Shown here piece by piece: positions 41,571 to 51,495 of a stretch of 64,000 bases of DNA; position 1 is the stretch's first letter; each line of letters opens with the position of its first letter. Source of the stretch: Ghiorsea sp. (GTDB taxonomy: Bacteria > Pseudomonadota > Zetaproteobacteria > Mariprofundales > Mariprofundaceae); assembly GCA_027080505.1 (NCBI GenBank), contig JALWRX010000053.1:3303-67302 (forward strand), in the 5' to 3' direction. The translations under genes were made by a program, and so were the position numbers. The notes beneath the pieces were generated by a model. The model searched no databases, was not told the origin of the DNA, and saw only the letters and a program-made list of their open reading frames with translations.

Positions 41571-44204
41571 TTAACGCTTCTTACCGTGACACTGTTTATA
41601 TTTTTTGCCTGAGCCGCATGGACAAGGGTCATTTCGTCCAATTTTTTCACCTTGGCGTTGATATGTTTCCGTAGGAGTTTCTGGTTCTTTATTTACAATA
41701 TTATATTTAATTTGTTCAGGTTCTGGTTGCGGCTCTGGTTCTTTGACTTCAACACGGAACAATGAAATCACAGTTTCTCTGCGAATTTTACCCAACATAC
41801 TGCTAAATAATGCATAAGACTCATGTTTATATTCTTGAATAGGATTCTTTTGTGCGTAACCACGCAAACCAACACTCTGGCGCAAATGATCCATAGACAA
41901 CAAATGTTCTTTCCAATGATGGTCAAGAATTTGCAATACTAACCACTTCTCAAAGCCACGCATTTGTTCTGCGCCCACAGCCTCTTCTTTCTCCACCAAA
42001 TGTGCTTTGAGTGCTTCAACCAATTTGGTGCGCATATCCTCTGCTGATTCAACATCATCACTCTCTGCCCAAGCTTGTACGTCAGCTTCAATTGTTAGCT
42101 TTTCAAGCAATGTTGTTTTTAAACCTTCAATATCCCAATTATCTGGAATATCCGATAAAAACTCAGCAACAAGCTCATCCACATAATCCAACATCATATC
42201 TTCAATGACTTCTTGTACATCATCCAACTCAAGCAATTCACGGCGTTGTGAATAAATCACTTCACGCTGCTGATTCATCACATCATCATATTCAAGCAAT
42301 TGCTTACGAATATCAAAGTTGCGCCCTTCCACTTTCTTTTGTGAGTTGGCAATGGCTTTACTTACCCAAGGATGCTCAATCACTTCACCCTTATCAAAAC
42401 CCATCTTGGTGAGCATAGCTTGCATTTTCTCACCACCAAAAATACGCATCAAGTCATCTTCAAGCGACAAGTAAAAACGGGTTGAGCCAGGGTCACCTTG
42501 GCGACCTGCACGACCACGAAGCTGATTATCGATACGACGCGATTCATGGCGTTCTGTACCGATAATATGCAAACCACCCAAAGCAATCACTTCATCATGC
42601 TCTTTTTTGCAAGTCGCTTTGATTTCAGCAACTTTTTTCGCACGTTCTTCATCGCTTAACTTATCAGACAATTGTGCTGCCAACATATTGGGGTTGCCAC
42701 CCAACATAATATCTGTACCACGACCCGCCATATTAGTGGCAATTGTGATTGCACCTTTACGACCAGCCTGCGATACAATCTCAGCTTCACGCTCATGGTG
42801 TTTAGCATTCAACACTTCATGTTTAACACCTTTTTTCTTCAAAACCTCTGAAAGCATTTCTGATTTCTCAATGGATGTAGTCCCCACCAAAACAGGCGCA
42901 CCAGTCTTGGATGTACCCACAATATCTTCCACAATGGCATTAAACTTATCTTCTTGGTCACGATAAATTAAATCGCCCAAGTCTTTACGAATCATGTCTC
43001 TATTGGTGGGTACAATCACCACTTCTAGGTCATAGATTTTTTTAAATTCTTCAGCTTCTGTATCAGCTGTACCCGTCATACCAGACAAGGTATCATACAT
43101 ACGGAAGAAGTTTTGGAATGTAATGGATGAAAGGGTTTGGTTTTCAGGCTGAATGGTTACCCCTTCTTTGGCTTCCAAGGCTTGATGTTGACCATCGGAG
43201 TAGCGGCGACCAGCCATCATACGCCCTGTAAACTCATCAATAATCACCACTTCATTATCACGCACAATATAATCTTTTTCACGGGTAAATAAGGTATGCG
43301 CTCTTAGACACTGGGTTGCAGCATGCAATAAATTAATATTTTCAGGGTCGTATAAACTTCCTTCTTTAAGCGCACCTGCTTCACGATAAAGCTCTTCAAT
43401 ATGTTCCATACCTTTTTCTGTATAAGAAACAGCTTTATCTTTTTCATCCAAATCATAATCATCAGCATCAAGTTGACGAATCAAGCCATCGGTTAAGGTA
43501 TAAAGCTCACCTGCTTGTTCAGTTGGACCTGAAATAATCAGCGGTGTACGCGCCTCATCAATCAAGATGGAGTCCACTTCATCCACAATGGCAAAGTTGT
43601 AACCACGTTGCACCAAATCATCAACGGAAAACGCCATATTATCGCGCAAATAATCAAAACCAAATTCATTGTTCGTGCCATATGTAATATCTGCAGCATA
43701 AGCAGCTTGACGGTCTTCATGGCTCATATTACTCACAATCACGCCTGTGGTGAGACCCAATGCCGAATAAAGCTTACCCATTTCTTCAGCATCACGCGAA
43801 GCAAGATAATCATTCACCGTGACCACATGTGCGCCCTTACCTGACAATGCATTTAAATATACGGGTAATGTTGCTGTTAAAGTTTTACCTTCACCCGTTT
43901 TCATCTCAGCAATTTTACCTTGGTGTAAGATAATTCCACCTAAGATTTGCGAATCAAAGTGACGCATGCCCATCACCCTGTCCGATGCTTCACGAACCAC
44001 AGCAAATGCTTCAGGCAATAAATCGTCTAGGCTTTCACCTTTTTCAATTCTAGCGCGAAACTCATCTGTTTTTGCCAGCAGTGCTTCATCGGATAACTTA
44101 CCCATCTCATCAGCGAGACTATTTACTTTGCTTACCAGTGGGTACAAGCTTTTAAGTATACGTTCATTGCGATTACCAAACATTTTGGTCAAAAAGTTTA
44201 ACAT
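41571..44204 (-). CDS. secA: Protein translocase subunit SecA
   Basis: EMKTGEGKT, DEVDSILIDEARTPL, QLRGRAGRQGDPG, GRNDPCPCGSGKKYKQCH; ATG 44204. Confidence 0.98.
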   Translation of the reverse strand: MLNFLTKMFGNRNERILKSLYPLVSKVNSLADEMGKLSDEALLAKTDEFRARIEKGESLDDLLPEAFAVVREASDRVMGMRHFDSQILGGIILHQGKIAEMKTGEGKTLTATLPVYLNALSGKGAHVVTVNDYLASRDAEEMGKLYSALGLTTGVIVSNMSHEDRQAAYAADITYGTNNEFGFDYLRDNMAFSVDDLVQRGYNFAIVDEVDSILIDEARTPLIISGPTEQAGELYTLTDGLIRQLDADDYDLDEKDKAVSYTEKGMEHIEELYREAGALKEGSLYDPENINLLHAATQCLRAHTLFTREKDYIVRDNEVVIIDEFTGRMMAGRRYSDGQHQALEAKEGVTIQPENQTLSSITFQNFFRMYDTLSGMTGTADTEAEEFKKIYDLEVVIVPTNRDMIRKDLGDLIYRDQEDKFNAIVEDIVGTSKTGAPVLVGTTSIEKSEMLSEVLKKKGVKHEVLNAKHHEREAEIVSQAGRKGAITIATNMAGRGTDIMLGGNPNMLAAQLSDKLSDEERAKKVAEIKATCKKEHDEVIALGGLHIIGTERHESRRIDNQLRGRAGRQGDPGSTRFYLSLEDDLMRIFGGEKMQAMLTKMGFDKGEVIEHPWVSKAIANSQKKVEGRNFDIRKQLLEYDDVMNQQREVIYSQRRELLELDDVQEVIEDMMLDYVDELVAEFLSDIPDNWDIEGLKTTLLEKLTIEADVQAWAESDDVESAEDMRTKLVEALKAHLVEKEEAVGAEQMRGFEKWLVLQILDHHWKEHLLSMDHLRQSVGLRGYAQKNPIQEYKHESYALFSSMLGKIRRETVISLFRVEVKEPEPQPEPEQIKYNIVNKEPETPTETYQRQGEKIGRNDPCPCGSGKKYKQCHGKKR

Positions 44205-44406
44205 GGGTTCCCCTAACGGTTTTAGTACATCTTTATAATTTGGGTCGCAAGATACCAAGCCTTGCGCATAAAATCATGTGATTTTTACGGTTATTCCATT
44301 TTACACTACCCACTGCAAAAACACTGATGTTTTTTTATTGGTTATTTTCACCCTTTTGCTGCTTATTCTGAATATGCACACCATCTTCTACTAATAATTT
44401 TTCTAG

Positions 44407-44565
44407 GGAAGCTCTGAATAAGTCTGGATAAAGTAGATTGTGATTCAGAATATTCAAAATCTAGGCGTGGATTGCAAGTAATAGCAAAGCTATTGCTCAA
44501 ATACACAACAACGAGTTTGGATGTTCTGGACGCAAAATACGAATCATGACTTGTTCAGAGCTTCC
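44407..44565. mobile_element. 159-bp IS5-like MITE with CTAG target-site duplication
   Basis: GGAAGCTCTGAATAAGTC vs GACTTGTTCAGAGCTTCC (17/18); CTAG at 44403-06 and 44566-69; no transposase. Confidence 0.8.
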
Positions 44566-44824
44566 CTAGCTCTTGATAGCCTTCCATCGCCATCAATAAT
44601 GCACCTTTCTCATGCTGCGCAATATCCAACCAACTCCTATCTTCCAATGCCCCGACCAAGGCATACAAAAAATTAAGGCTAGGATGATAGCCACCCTGTT
44701 TGAGTTTTATAAATGCTTGGATAGCGCCCATAGCTTGCAAATCAGCCACACTGTGAACACCTACCTTGGCAAGCATCTTTTCTGATTTTTCGCCTAAACC
44801 TCTTAAATCTCGAATCCGCTTCAT
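44555..44824 (-). CDS. TfoX/Sxy C-terminal domain protein (3' end supplied by the MITE)
   Basis: LRGLGEKSE.ML..VG, GA..AF, SLNFLYALVGAL; ATG 44824 overlaps the ygfZ stop. Confidence 0.8.
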   Translation of the reverse strand: MKRIRDLRGLGEKSEKMLAKVGVHSVADLQAMGAIQAFIKLKQGGYHPSLNFLYALVGALEDRSWLDIAQHEKGALLMAMEGYQELGKL

Positions 44825-45735
44825 ATGCCACAAACACCCAAGACTTGAATATCTAAACCTTGCTCTGTTTTTAAAGCTTTACCTGCCTCCACCACTTCAA
44901 TCGGCAACAAAGCAATGCCAACGTATTCACCATTTTTTCTTTTCGCCAAGCTGGTGATTGCCCCAACTTGGGCTGTGGTATAAACAGCGCATGGCAAACT
45001 TACATATTCACTAATTTGCACTTGATACAATTTCTTTTTAATGCCGCCTCGCCATTGCATACGACTGGTCACTTCCTGCCCTACATAACAGCCTTTATCA
45101 AAACTTACCCCATCTCTCTCTATCAAGTTGGCATTTAATGGATGCAACTTTATATTCCAATCCACACCCAAAAGTGGTGTCCCTTGCAAAATACGCCCGC
45201 GTTCAGCTTCATGTTCATCAACATTACACGACAAAGGTAAATCCGCCCCTATCACCCACACCCCATCCTTACTAGGCTCAGCCATGCGTAAGACTGAAAC
45301 AGTGTCGGAATGCACAGATGCTAATTTCTTATGAGCAGGCACAAGCAAACCACTGACCTGCAAGAAAGCATCAACATCACCATCTTGCAGCGAAAGCACT
45401 TGCCAAGATGAAACTTTACCAATTCTTAACTCATAACCCATGGCAAACATGCGTAATCGCTCCACCAAGTTTAAGGCAAATACGCTTGGACATAAAAACA
45501 TCACCTCTGCCCAATCGTTTTTCTTCTGGGTCAACAGTAGGTAAAAATCTGAAACAGCCTTACCTTGTGGCGTTAAAATCACGCTATAAATAGCCTGTGT
45601 TTCAGATAGTTTTGATACATCTTGCGCAAGCTGACCTTGTAAATATTTTAAAAGATTTTCACCCGATGCTTTGATGACTGCATAAGCATCTCTTTTTGCC
45701 ACCTTTGGTGTATCTATACCCGTATCTTTTTGCAT
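44821..45735 (-). CDS. ygfZ: Folate-binding Fe-S repair protein YgfZ
   Basis: YLQGQL, LTPQGK, signature SFDKGCYVGQEV. Confidence 0.9.
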   Translation of the reverse strand: MQKDTGIDTPKVAKRDAYAVIKASGENLLKYLQGQLAQDVSKLSETQAIYSVILTPQGKAVSDFYLLLTQKKNDWAEVMFLCPSVFALNLVERLRMFAMGYELRIGKVSSWQVLSLQDGDVDAFLQVSGLLVPAHKKLASVHSDTVSVLRMAEPSKDGVWVIGADLPLSCNVDEHEAERGRILQGTPLLGVDWNIKLHPLNANLIERDGVSFDKGCYVGQEVTSRMQWRGGIKKKLYQVQISEYVSLPCAVYTTAQVGAITSLAKRKNGEYVGIALLPIEVVEAGKALKTEQGLDIQVLGVCGI

Positions 45736-45809
45736 TATTTCACACTCTCTTTCGCTCAAAATCCCTAGAAACCCTTATCGGTTAAGCTTTTTTAATGTCT
45801 CTTAAAAAG

Positions 45810-45844
45810 TTGTCCACGTAACCTGTGGATAACTTTGTGGATAA
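45810..45844. promoter_or_regulatory. Cluster of three DnaA boxes
   Basis: TTGTCCACG (45810-18, two mismatches), then perfect TGTGGATAA at 45824-32 and 45836-44 in the opposite orientation. Confidence 0.7.
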
Positions 45845-46040
45845 CACTGCATACAACCAGCATAATATTAAACACTTAAGCCACACAACCTTACTGTCTA
45901 TTTTTTAGGCAATACTATTATTGCCTTTATTTACAATAGCTTATACATATGTACTTACAGGTTTAAACAAACAAGCCAGCCTAATTGTGATAAAGATATG
46001 ACACGGTCTCAAAAAAGTGAATAAGTTACTGTGTCAAGCA

Positions 46041-47291
46041 TTAATTTTTGTGACTTTTATCCCAATGGAGCAACTCATGGACAGCTTTTTCACCCGAAAT
46101 TACCGCAAGTTCAATGGTTGCAGGTAGTTCACCAGGCGTAGGTGATTCACAAGCAAGAAAAACATGCTCAGATAAATCAAGGTTCTCCTGGTTTCGCACC
46201 AAAACAGTTGCTCTTTTTTCACGAATAAAACGTGTTTTTTTTGGTTCAGGAAGTGCTCTACCCAACAACGTTTCAATTTCCTGCAAAGCTGTGTCTATCA
46301 ATGCCGCTTGTGACAACTCTGTTTCATCCGCACTGATAATCATACAAACATGGTGAAACCCTGTTGTTTGACCCATCATCTTGGATACATCAAACAACCA
46401 CTGTCCGTAAGTGCCCAACATACCTTGCATCATATTGGGCAAGTTTAAGTTTTCTTCAAACCACAAGTGAATATTGGTAATGGCTTGGGTGTCCACGTCT
46501 TGCTTGATGCCCAACAAACGATTTCTAGCAAAAGCAGGCAATGCCAACACCACAGCATCATGGTCTAGCTCATCAAGGCTACGCACGCTATGCCGCAACA
46601 CCATATTTACCCCCAAGCCACGCAGCTTATCAGCCATAGGCGCAACCAAAGCTTGAGATAAAGGCTTGTTAAACCAACCCATTTTTGCGTTTTTGTGTGA
46701 TGAAAATGATGTAGCAAGCACTCTGGCAAATGTTTTGGCATTGGCAGTCTGCATGGGTTCATTCATTACCCCCAAACACAAGACTTCCAACATATCTTGC
46801 ACCAATATTGCTGGTGCATCGATTTCATCCATCCATTGTTGCACGGTTTGTGTATCACCCCGATTCATCATAGTCATCGCTAAGCGCAACATAGCTTTCA
46901 CACTAGAAAAATCGTGATCAGGCAAACGATAAACTGCCCAAATCAATGCCAAATTAACGGGCAACCAAGATGCTGCTTTTAAATCAAACAAGCTACGCTG
47001 CGTATCCCAAAGCGATAAGGTAAGCGATGACTGCCATGACACATTTTGCAGTGCGCCTACATCACCGAGCAACTTTAATGTGGCATGATATGCCCCCACC
47101 ATGGCATGAGGACCATTATCCACCCATTCATCCACGTCTTCATCGTAAAACGATTTGGTGCGCCCACCTAAAGCTGGTGCAGCCTCAAATACATCGACTT
47201 GATAACCTGATTCAGCTAAACGCAATGCTGCCGTTAAACCTGCGATACCACCGCCAACTACGGCAACACGTTGAACACTGGATTGCGCCAT
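46041..47291 (-). CDS. hpnE: Hydroxysqualene dehydroxylase HpnE
   Basis: VGGGIAG, GGRTKSF, DNGPH, EKRAT, LPATIELAVISG; follows hpnCD. Confidence 0.88.
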   Translation of the reverse strand: MAQSSVQRVAVVGGGIAGLTAALRLAESGYQVDVFEAAPALGGRTKSFYDEDVDEWVDNGPHAMVGAYHATLKLLGDVGALQNVSWQSSLTLSLWDTQRSLFDLKAASWLPVNLALIWAVYRLPDHDFSSVKAMLRLAMTMMNRGDTQTVQQWMDEIDAPAILVQDMLEVLCLGVMNEPMQTANAKTFARVLATSFSSHKNAKMGWFNKPLSQALVAPMADKLRGLGVNMVLRHSVRSLDELDHDAVVLALPAFARNRLLGIKQDVDTQAITNIHLWFEENLNLPNMMQGMLGTYGQWLFDVSKMMGQTTGFHHVCMIISADETELSQAALIDTALQEIETLLGRALPEPKKTRFIREKRATVLVRNQENLDLSEHVFLACESPTPGELPATIELAVISGEKAVHELLHWDKSHKN

Positions 47292-48181
47292 TAAAAGTCT
47301 AACCGCAAGGGCAAACCATTTTTGGCTGCTTTTTTCTCATAACGGTATGCTTTCCATGCCACCCATATTTTTTTGAGTGGCGTTAAACGTGCAGGATGTT
47401 GCCATACATCAAAATCTACTTTTTTCAGCTTTGCCAAATGCGCATAATAAATTGCGCCCATCATCAGTGATGGGGTCAAGCTTTGCCTATCTTCTTCAGG
47501 CAATGCTTTGAGGGCATCAGCATAAGCTTGCTCTGCCTTATCATAATAATGCTGCATCAACGCTTTAAGATTGGCATTGCTCTCTTTATTGTCGGTAAAA
47601 CCTTGACGAATATCATGGTCAGTCACTTTAAACTTGGCTCTGGTTTGCTGTGGTAAATAAATACGCTCAATTTTGGTGTCTTCATAGACATCACGTAAGA
47701 TATTGGTGAGTTGCAAGGCATCGCCCATACGCAAGGCAAAGGTTTTGGATGCTTCTTGCGTAAAACCAAACACGGCAATGGACATCAAACCCACCACTCC
47801 AGCCACCCGGTAACAATACAAGTCCAAATCTTCATCAGTCACCATAGGTTTACCCGACACATCCATCAACATGCCTTCAATCATCTCAGTGAACATCTTT
47901 TTCTCAATCGGATAATGTTCAAGTGTCCACATCAACTCTTTACCCACAGGATGACGCGCCACACCTTCAAAAACTCTATCTACTTCTTCCTGCCAAAAAA
48001 CAAGCTTACGAACAGCAACTTCTTTTTCTTTGATTTCATCAGCAATATCATCCACTTCACGGCAAAACGCATACAATGCCATCATGGCACGACGTTTTTC
48101 AGGTGATAAAAATAAAAAGGCATAAAAAAAGGATGAACCCGAACCTCTGGTTTTATCTTCACAATACTTTTCAGGGCTCAT
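47291..48181 (-). CDS. hpnD: Presqualene diphosphate synthase HpnD
   Basis: SGSSFFYAF, LYAFCREVDDIAD, YCYRVAGVVG, LQLTNILRDV.ED. Confidence 0.92.
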   Translation of the reverse strand: MSPEKYCEDKTRGSGSSFFYAFLFLSPEKRRAMMALYAFCREVDDIADEIKEKEVAVRKLVFWQEEVDRVFEGVARHPVGKELMWTLEHYPIEKKMFTEMIEGMLMDVSGKPMVTDEDLDLYCYRVAGVVGLMSIAVFGFTQEASKTFALRMGDALQLTNILRDVYEDTKIERIYLPQQTRAKFKVTDHDIRQGFTDNKESNANLKALMQHYYDKAEQAYADALKALPEEDRQSLTPSLMMGAIYYAHLAKLKKVDFDVWQHPARLTPLKKIWVAWKAYRYEKKAAKNGLPLRLDF

Positions 48182-49071
48182 GCGTATCCTCGTTGACTAT
48201 AATAGTTGGGGCGTAGTGTCATGCTGACAATGCTAAGGCTCACTTTCAGCCAATCAAGCTTGTTTAATGTGGGGCGTTGTTGCAAAGGGTTATCCAATGC
48301 TTGGGTGGCATGTAAAATGGAAGTACCACCTGCCAAGGTCGCAGCAATCTGAATGCGCAAACGAAATGGTAAATAGGCTAACAGCGCATAACCTTGATTA
48401 AATAATTTTTGTGTTTCAGCAATCGCTTCATCAATAGCTGGTCGCAACGTTTCAATGCCAACGCTCCCCTGCAACACATCATCCCGAGATACATCAAGCT
48501 TGTTCAACCATTCATCCGCCAAATAGCAACGCCCTTTGGGTATATCTACTTTAAAATCTTGCCAGAAGTTGGTTAGCTGTAATCCTGTACAAATGGCATC
48601 CGATGCTTGAAGTGCTTTGGCATCATCAATGCCATGCAAAGCAAGCATCAAACGCCCCACAGGGTCTGCTGAATGTTTGCTGTAAAACACCAAATCATCA
48701 AACGTCTCAAAACCTTTAAAATTCACATCCATACGGAATGCGGTGAGTAAATCACGAAACAACTGCACATCCAAATCAAAGGTTTGCATCACATCCGCCA
48801 AAGCAATAAACACTAAGTTTTCAGACTTACCCTCTAAGCTTAAATCCAACTGCTGTTCCCAGTCATCCAACTTGGCTAAACGCTCTGCAATCGTAAAATC
48901 ACCTTCATCAGCAAAATCATCTGCCGTACGTGCAAAAGTATAAATCACTGCCACAGCAGGTCGCAGCGACTTTTTTAACAATAAAGAAGCAGTCGGGAAG
49001 TTTTCATAATGTTCATTTGCTATCGTTTGACAGTGAACATAAGCTTGTTGAATGCGTGAAGTTTTCGGCAT
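48178..49071 (-). CDS. hpnC: Hydroxysqualene synthase HpnC
   Basis: HYENFPTAS, FARTADDFADEG, SADPVGRL, LQLTNFWQD. Confidence 0.92.
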   Translation of the reverse strand: MPKTSRIQQAYVHCQTIANEHYENFPTASLLLKKSLRPAVAVIYTFARTADDFADEGDFTIAERLAKLDDWEQQLDLSLEGKSENLVFIALADVMQTFDLDVQLFRDLLTAFRMDVNFKGFETFDDLVFYSKHSADPVGRLMLALHGIDDAKALQASDAICTGLQLTNFWQDFKVDIPKGRCYLADEWLNKLDVSRDDVLQGSVGIETLRPAIDEAIAETQKLFNQGYALLAYLPFRLRIQIAATLAGGTSILHATQALDNPLQQRPTLNKLDWLKVSLSIVSMTLRPNYYSQRGYA

Positions 49072-49167
49072 GGCAACATCTTAGAATGGAAGTTTCACAA
49101 GGCAACCGCTATGCTTGCCCCTTCCATTTAACCATCATTTTGAAAACCAACATAAGAGAGTACATAC

Positions 49168-50529
49168 ATGTTTGATTCATTAACCACCAAACTCGGTAAT
49201 ATTGCCAATAAACTACGCGGTTCAGCCCGTGTTACCGAGGCTGATTTAGATGCAACCCTTAGAGAAATGCGTATGGCATTACTCGAAGCTGATGTTGCCC
49301 TGCCTGTGGTTAAACACTTATTGGATGCCGTGCGAGAGCGTGCATTGGGTGCTGATGTCGCCAAAAGCCTGCAACCAGGTCAGGTTATTATTAAAATACT
49401 GCATGATGAACTGGCTGTGGTATTGGGTGGTCAACGCCGCGACTTAGACACATCTAAAATTCCATCGGTTATCATGCTTTGCGGTTTGCAAGGCGCGGGT
49501 AAAACCACCACAGCAGGTAAACTTGCCAAATTATTAACAGCACAAGGCAAAAAAGTTGCTTTAACATCCGTGGATGCCACCCGCCCTGCGGCACGTGAAC
49601 AGCTACAAATCCTAGCTGAACAAGTGGATGTCCCTTATTTACATGGTGAAGGCAATACGCCTGAAAAAATGGCAGCCACTGCGCTTAAACAAGCTCGCAC
49701 AGGCGGACACCATGTTTTAATTCTAGATACTGCAGGTCGCCAAGTGGTTGATGATGCGTTGATGGCAGAGATTCAAGCTGTAGAAAAAGCAGTGGGTACT
49801 ACTGAACGCCTATTGGTGCTTGATGCCATGACAGGGCAAACAGCACTAGAAATTGCGGAAACATTCCATAAATCCGTGCCATTAACGGGCTGCATTATGT
49901 CTAAAACGGATGCAGATATGCGTGGTGGTGCAGCACTATCTGTTGCTTTTAGCACAGGTGTTCCCGTGCGTTATGTGGGTACTGGCGAAAAGCTGGATGC
50001 TTTTGAGTTGTTCGACCCAGAACGTATGGCAGGTCGTATTCTTGGGCAAGGTGACATTGTTGGGCTGGTTGAAAAAATCCAAGCCAATGTTGACCATGAA
50101 CAAGCCGAAAAAGCAGCGCAAAAAATGCGCAAGGGCAAGTTTGATTTGATGGATTTTGCCAAGCAAATGGGGCAAATGCAGAATATGGGTGGTATTAGCG
50201 GCATTATGAAAATGATGCCAGGCATGAACCTGCCACAAGAAGCCTTAGGTCAATTTGATGATAAACCCATCAAACACATGCAAGCTATGGTGTATTCCAT
50301 GACACCTAAAGAACGCATCTACCCCAAACTCATCAATGGCAGTCGTAAAAAACGTATTGCGGCAGGCTCTGGTACATCTGTGCAAGAAATCAATAAAATG
50401 CTAAAACAATTTGCGCAAATGCAGAAAATGATGAAGAAAATGAAAGGCGGCAAAGGCAAACGCATGATGCAAGCCATGGCTGGCAAAATGGGTATCGGTG
50501 GCGGCATGCCAGGTATGCCCAAGTTTTAA
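49168..50529 (+). CDS. ffh: Signal recognition particle protein
   Basis: ALLEADV, GLQGAGKTT, DTAGR, GTGEK, Met-rich M domain with SRKKRIAAGSG. Confidence 0.97.
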   Translation: MFDSLTTKLGNIANKLRGSARVTEADLDATLREMRMALLEADVALPVVKHLLDAVRERALGADVAKSLQPGQVIIKILHDELAVVLGGQRRDLDTSKIPSVIMLCGLQGAGKTTTAGKLAKLLTAQGKKVALTSVDATRPAAREQLQILAEQVDVPYLHGEGNTPEKMAATALKQARTGGHHVLILDTAGRQVVDDALMAEIQAVEKAVGTTERLLVLDAMTGQTALEIAETFHKSVPLTGCIMSKTDADMRGGAALSVAFSTGVPVRYVGTGEKLDAFELFDPERMAGRILGQGDIVGLVEKIQANVDHEQAEKAAQKMRKGKFDLMDFAKQMGQMQNMGGISGIMKMMPGMNLPQEALGQFDDKPIKHMQAMVYSMTPKERIYPKLINGSRKKRIAAGSGTSVQEINKMLKQFAQMQKMMKKMKGGKGKRMMQAMAGKMGIGGGMPGMPKF

Positions 50530-50616
50530 AGGCTAAACCTTAAAAATGATATGGGTTACGCCATGTCATATTTTTATGATATACTTCCCCTCTAAGTTTA
50601 AGTTAAGGAGTTAAAA

Positions 50617-51264
50617 ATGAGCGTATTAGTTGGAAAAGATGCACCACAATTCACAGCCGTTGCAGTGATGCCTGATGGCAGCATCAACGAAGAATTTTCA
50701 TTATCAGATTATGCAGGTAAAGAAGTGGTATTGTTCTTCTACCCATTGGACTTCACATTTGTTTGTCCAAGTGAGTTGATTGCATTCGACCACCGCATCA
50801 AAGAATTTGAAGCACGTGGCGTGCAAGTGATTGGCTGCTCTGTTGATTCACAATTCTCACACGTTGCATGGCGCAACACCCCAATCAACGAAGGTGGCAT
50901 TGGTCCTGTTGCATACCCATTGGTTGCTGATTTAACCAAGTCTATTGCTGCGGATTATGATGTGTTGATGGGCAACACTACCGTTGAAGATGAAGATGGT
51001 GAGCAATACCACTTGTTGGGTGGCGATGTTGCACTTCGCGGCTCTTTCTTGATTGATAAAGCTGGCAAAGTTCGTCATCAAGTGATTAACGACCTTCCAT
51101 TGGGTCGTAATGTTGATGAAATGTTGCGTATGATTGATGCACTTCAATTCGCTGATGAACATGGCGAAGTTTGCCCTGCAGGCTGGAACAAAGGCGATAA
51201 AGCGATGAAGCCAGACGCAGAAGGCGTTGCATCATACTTGGCAGAAGAAGCAGATAAGCTTTAA
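50617..51264 (+). CDS. ahpC: 2-Cys peroxiredoxin (AhpC/Tsa)
   Basis: FFYPLDFTFVCPSE and GEVCPAGW. Confidence 0.93.
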   Translation: MSVLVGKDAPQFTAVAVMPDGSINEEFSLSDYAGKEVVLFFYPLDFTFVCPSELIAFDHRIKEFEARGVQVIGCSVDSQFSHVAWRNTPINEGGIGPVAYPLVADLTKSIAADYDVLMGNTTVEDEDGEQYHLLGGDVALRGSFLIDKAGKVRHQVINDLPLGRNVDEMLRMIDALQFADEHGEVCPAGWNKGDKAMKPDAEGVASYLAEEADKL

Positions 51265-51289
51265 TTCAAAGCCATCTCTTTAAATATTC

Positions 51290-51320
51290 AAGCGACCTCA
51301 GCAATGAGGTCGCTTTTTTT
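51290..51320 (+). terminator. Intrinsic terminator after the peroxiredoxin gene
   Basis: AAGCGACCTCA-GCAA-TGAGGTCGCTT followed by a T run. Confidence 0.9.
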
Positions 51321-51495
51321 ATCCAAACTGCAAAGCTTTACCATCAAATACCTTTATGGTTTCATTAAACCTTGGCGGCATGATATGATGATTTGATTTT
51401 ATGCTGAAAGGTTTCCATTCTGGGCTTATGAATAGGTTAAATTATGTATTGTCTCCCCAGGACTTCAAAGAAAATTAAAAAGAAGTATAGGTAAT

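Noticed and set aside
46041-49071. hpnCDE as a novel terpene cluster
   Set aside because: This is the established three-enzyme bacterial squalene pathway; the cyclase may simply be elsewhere.
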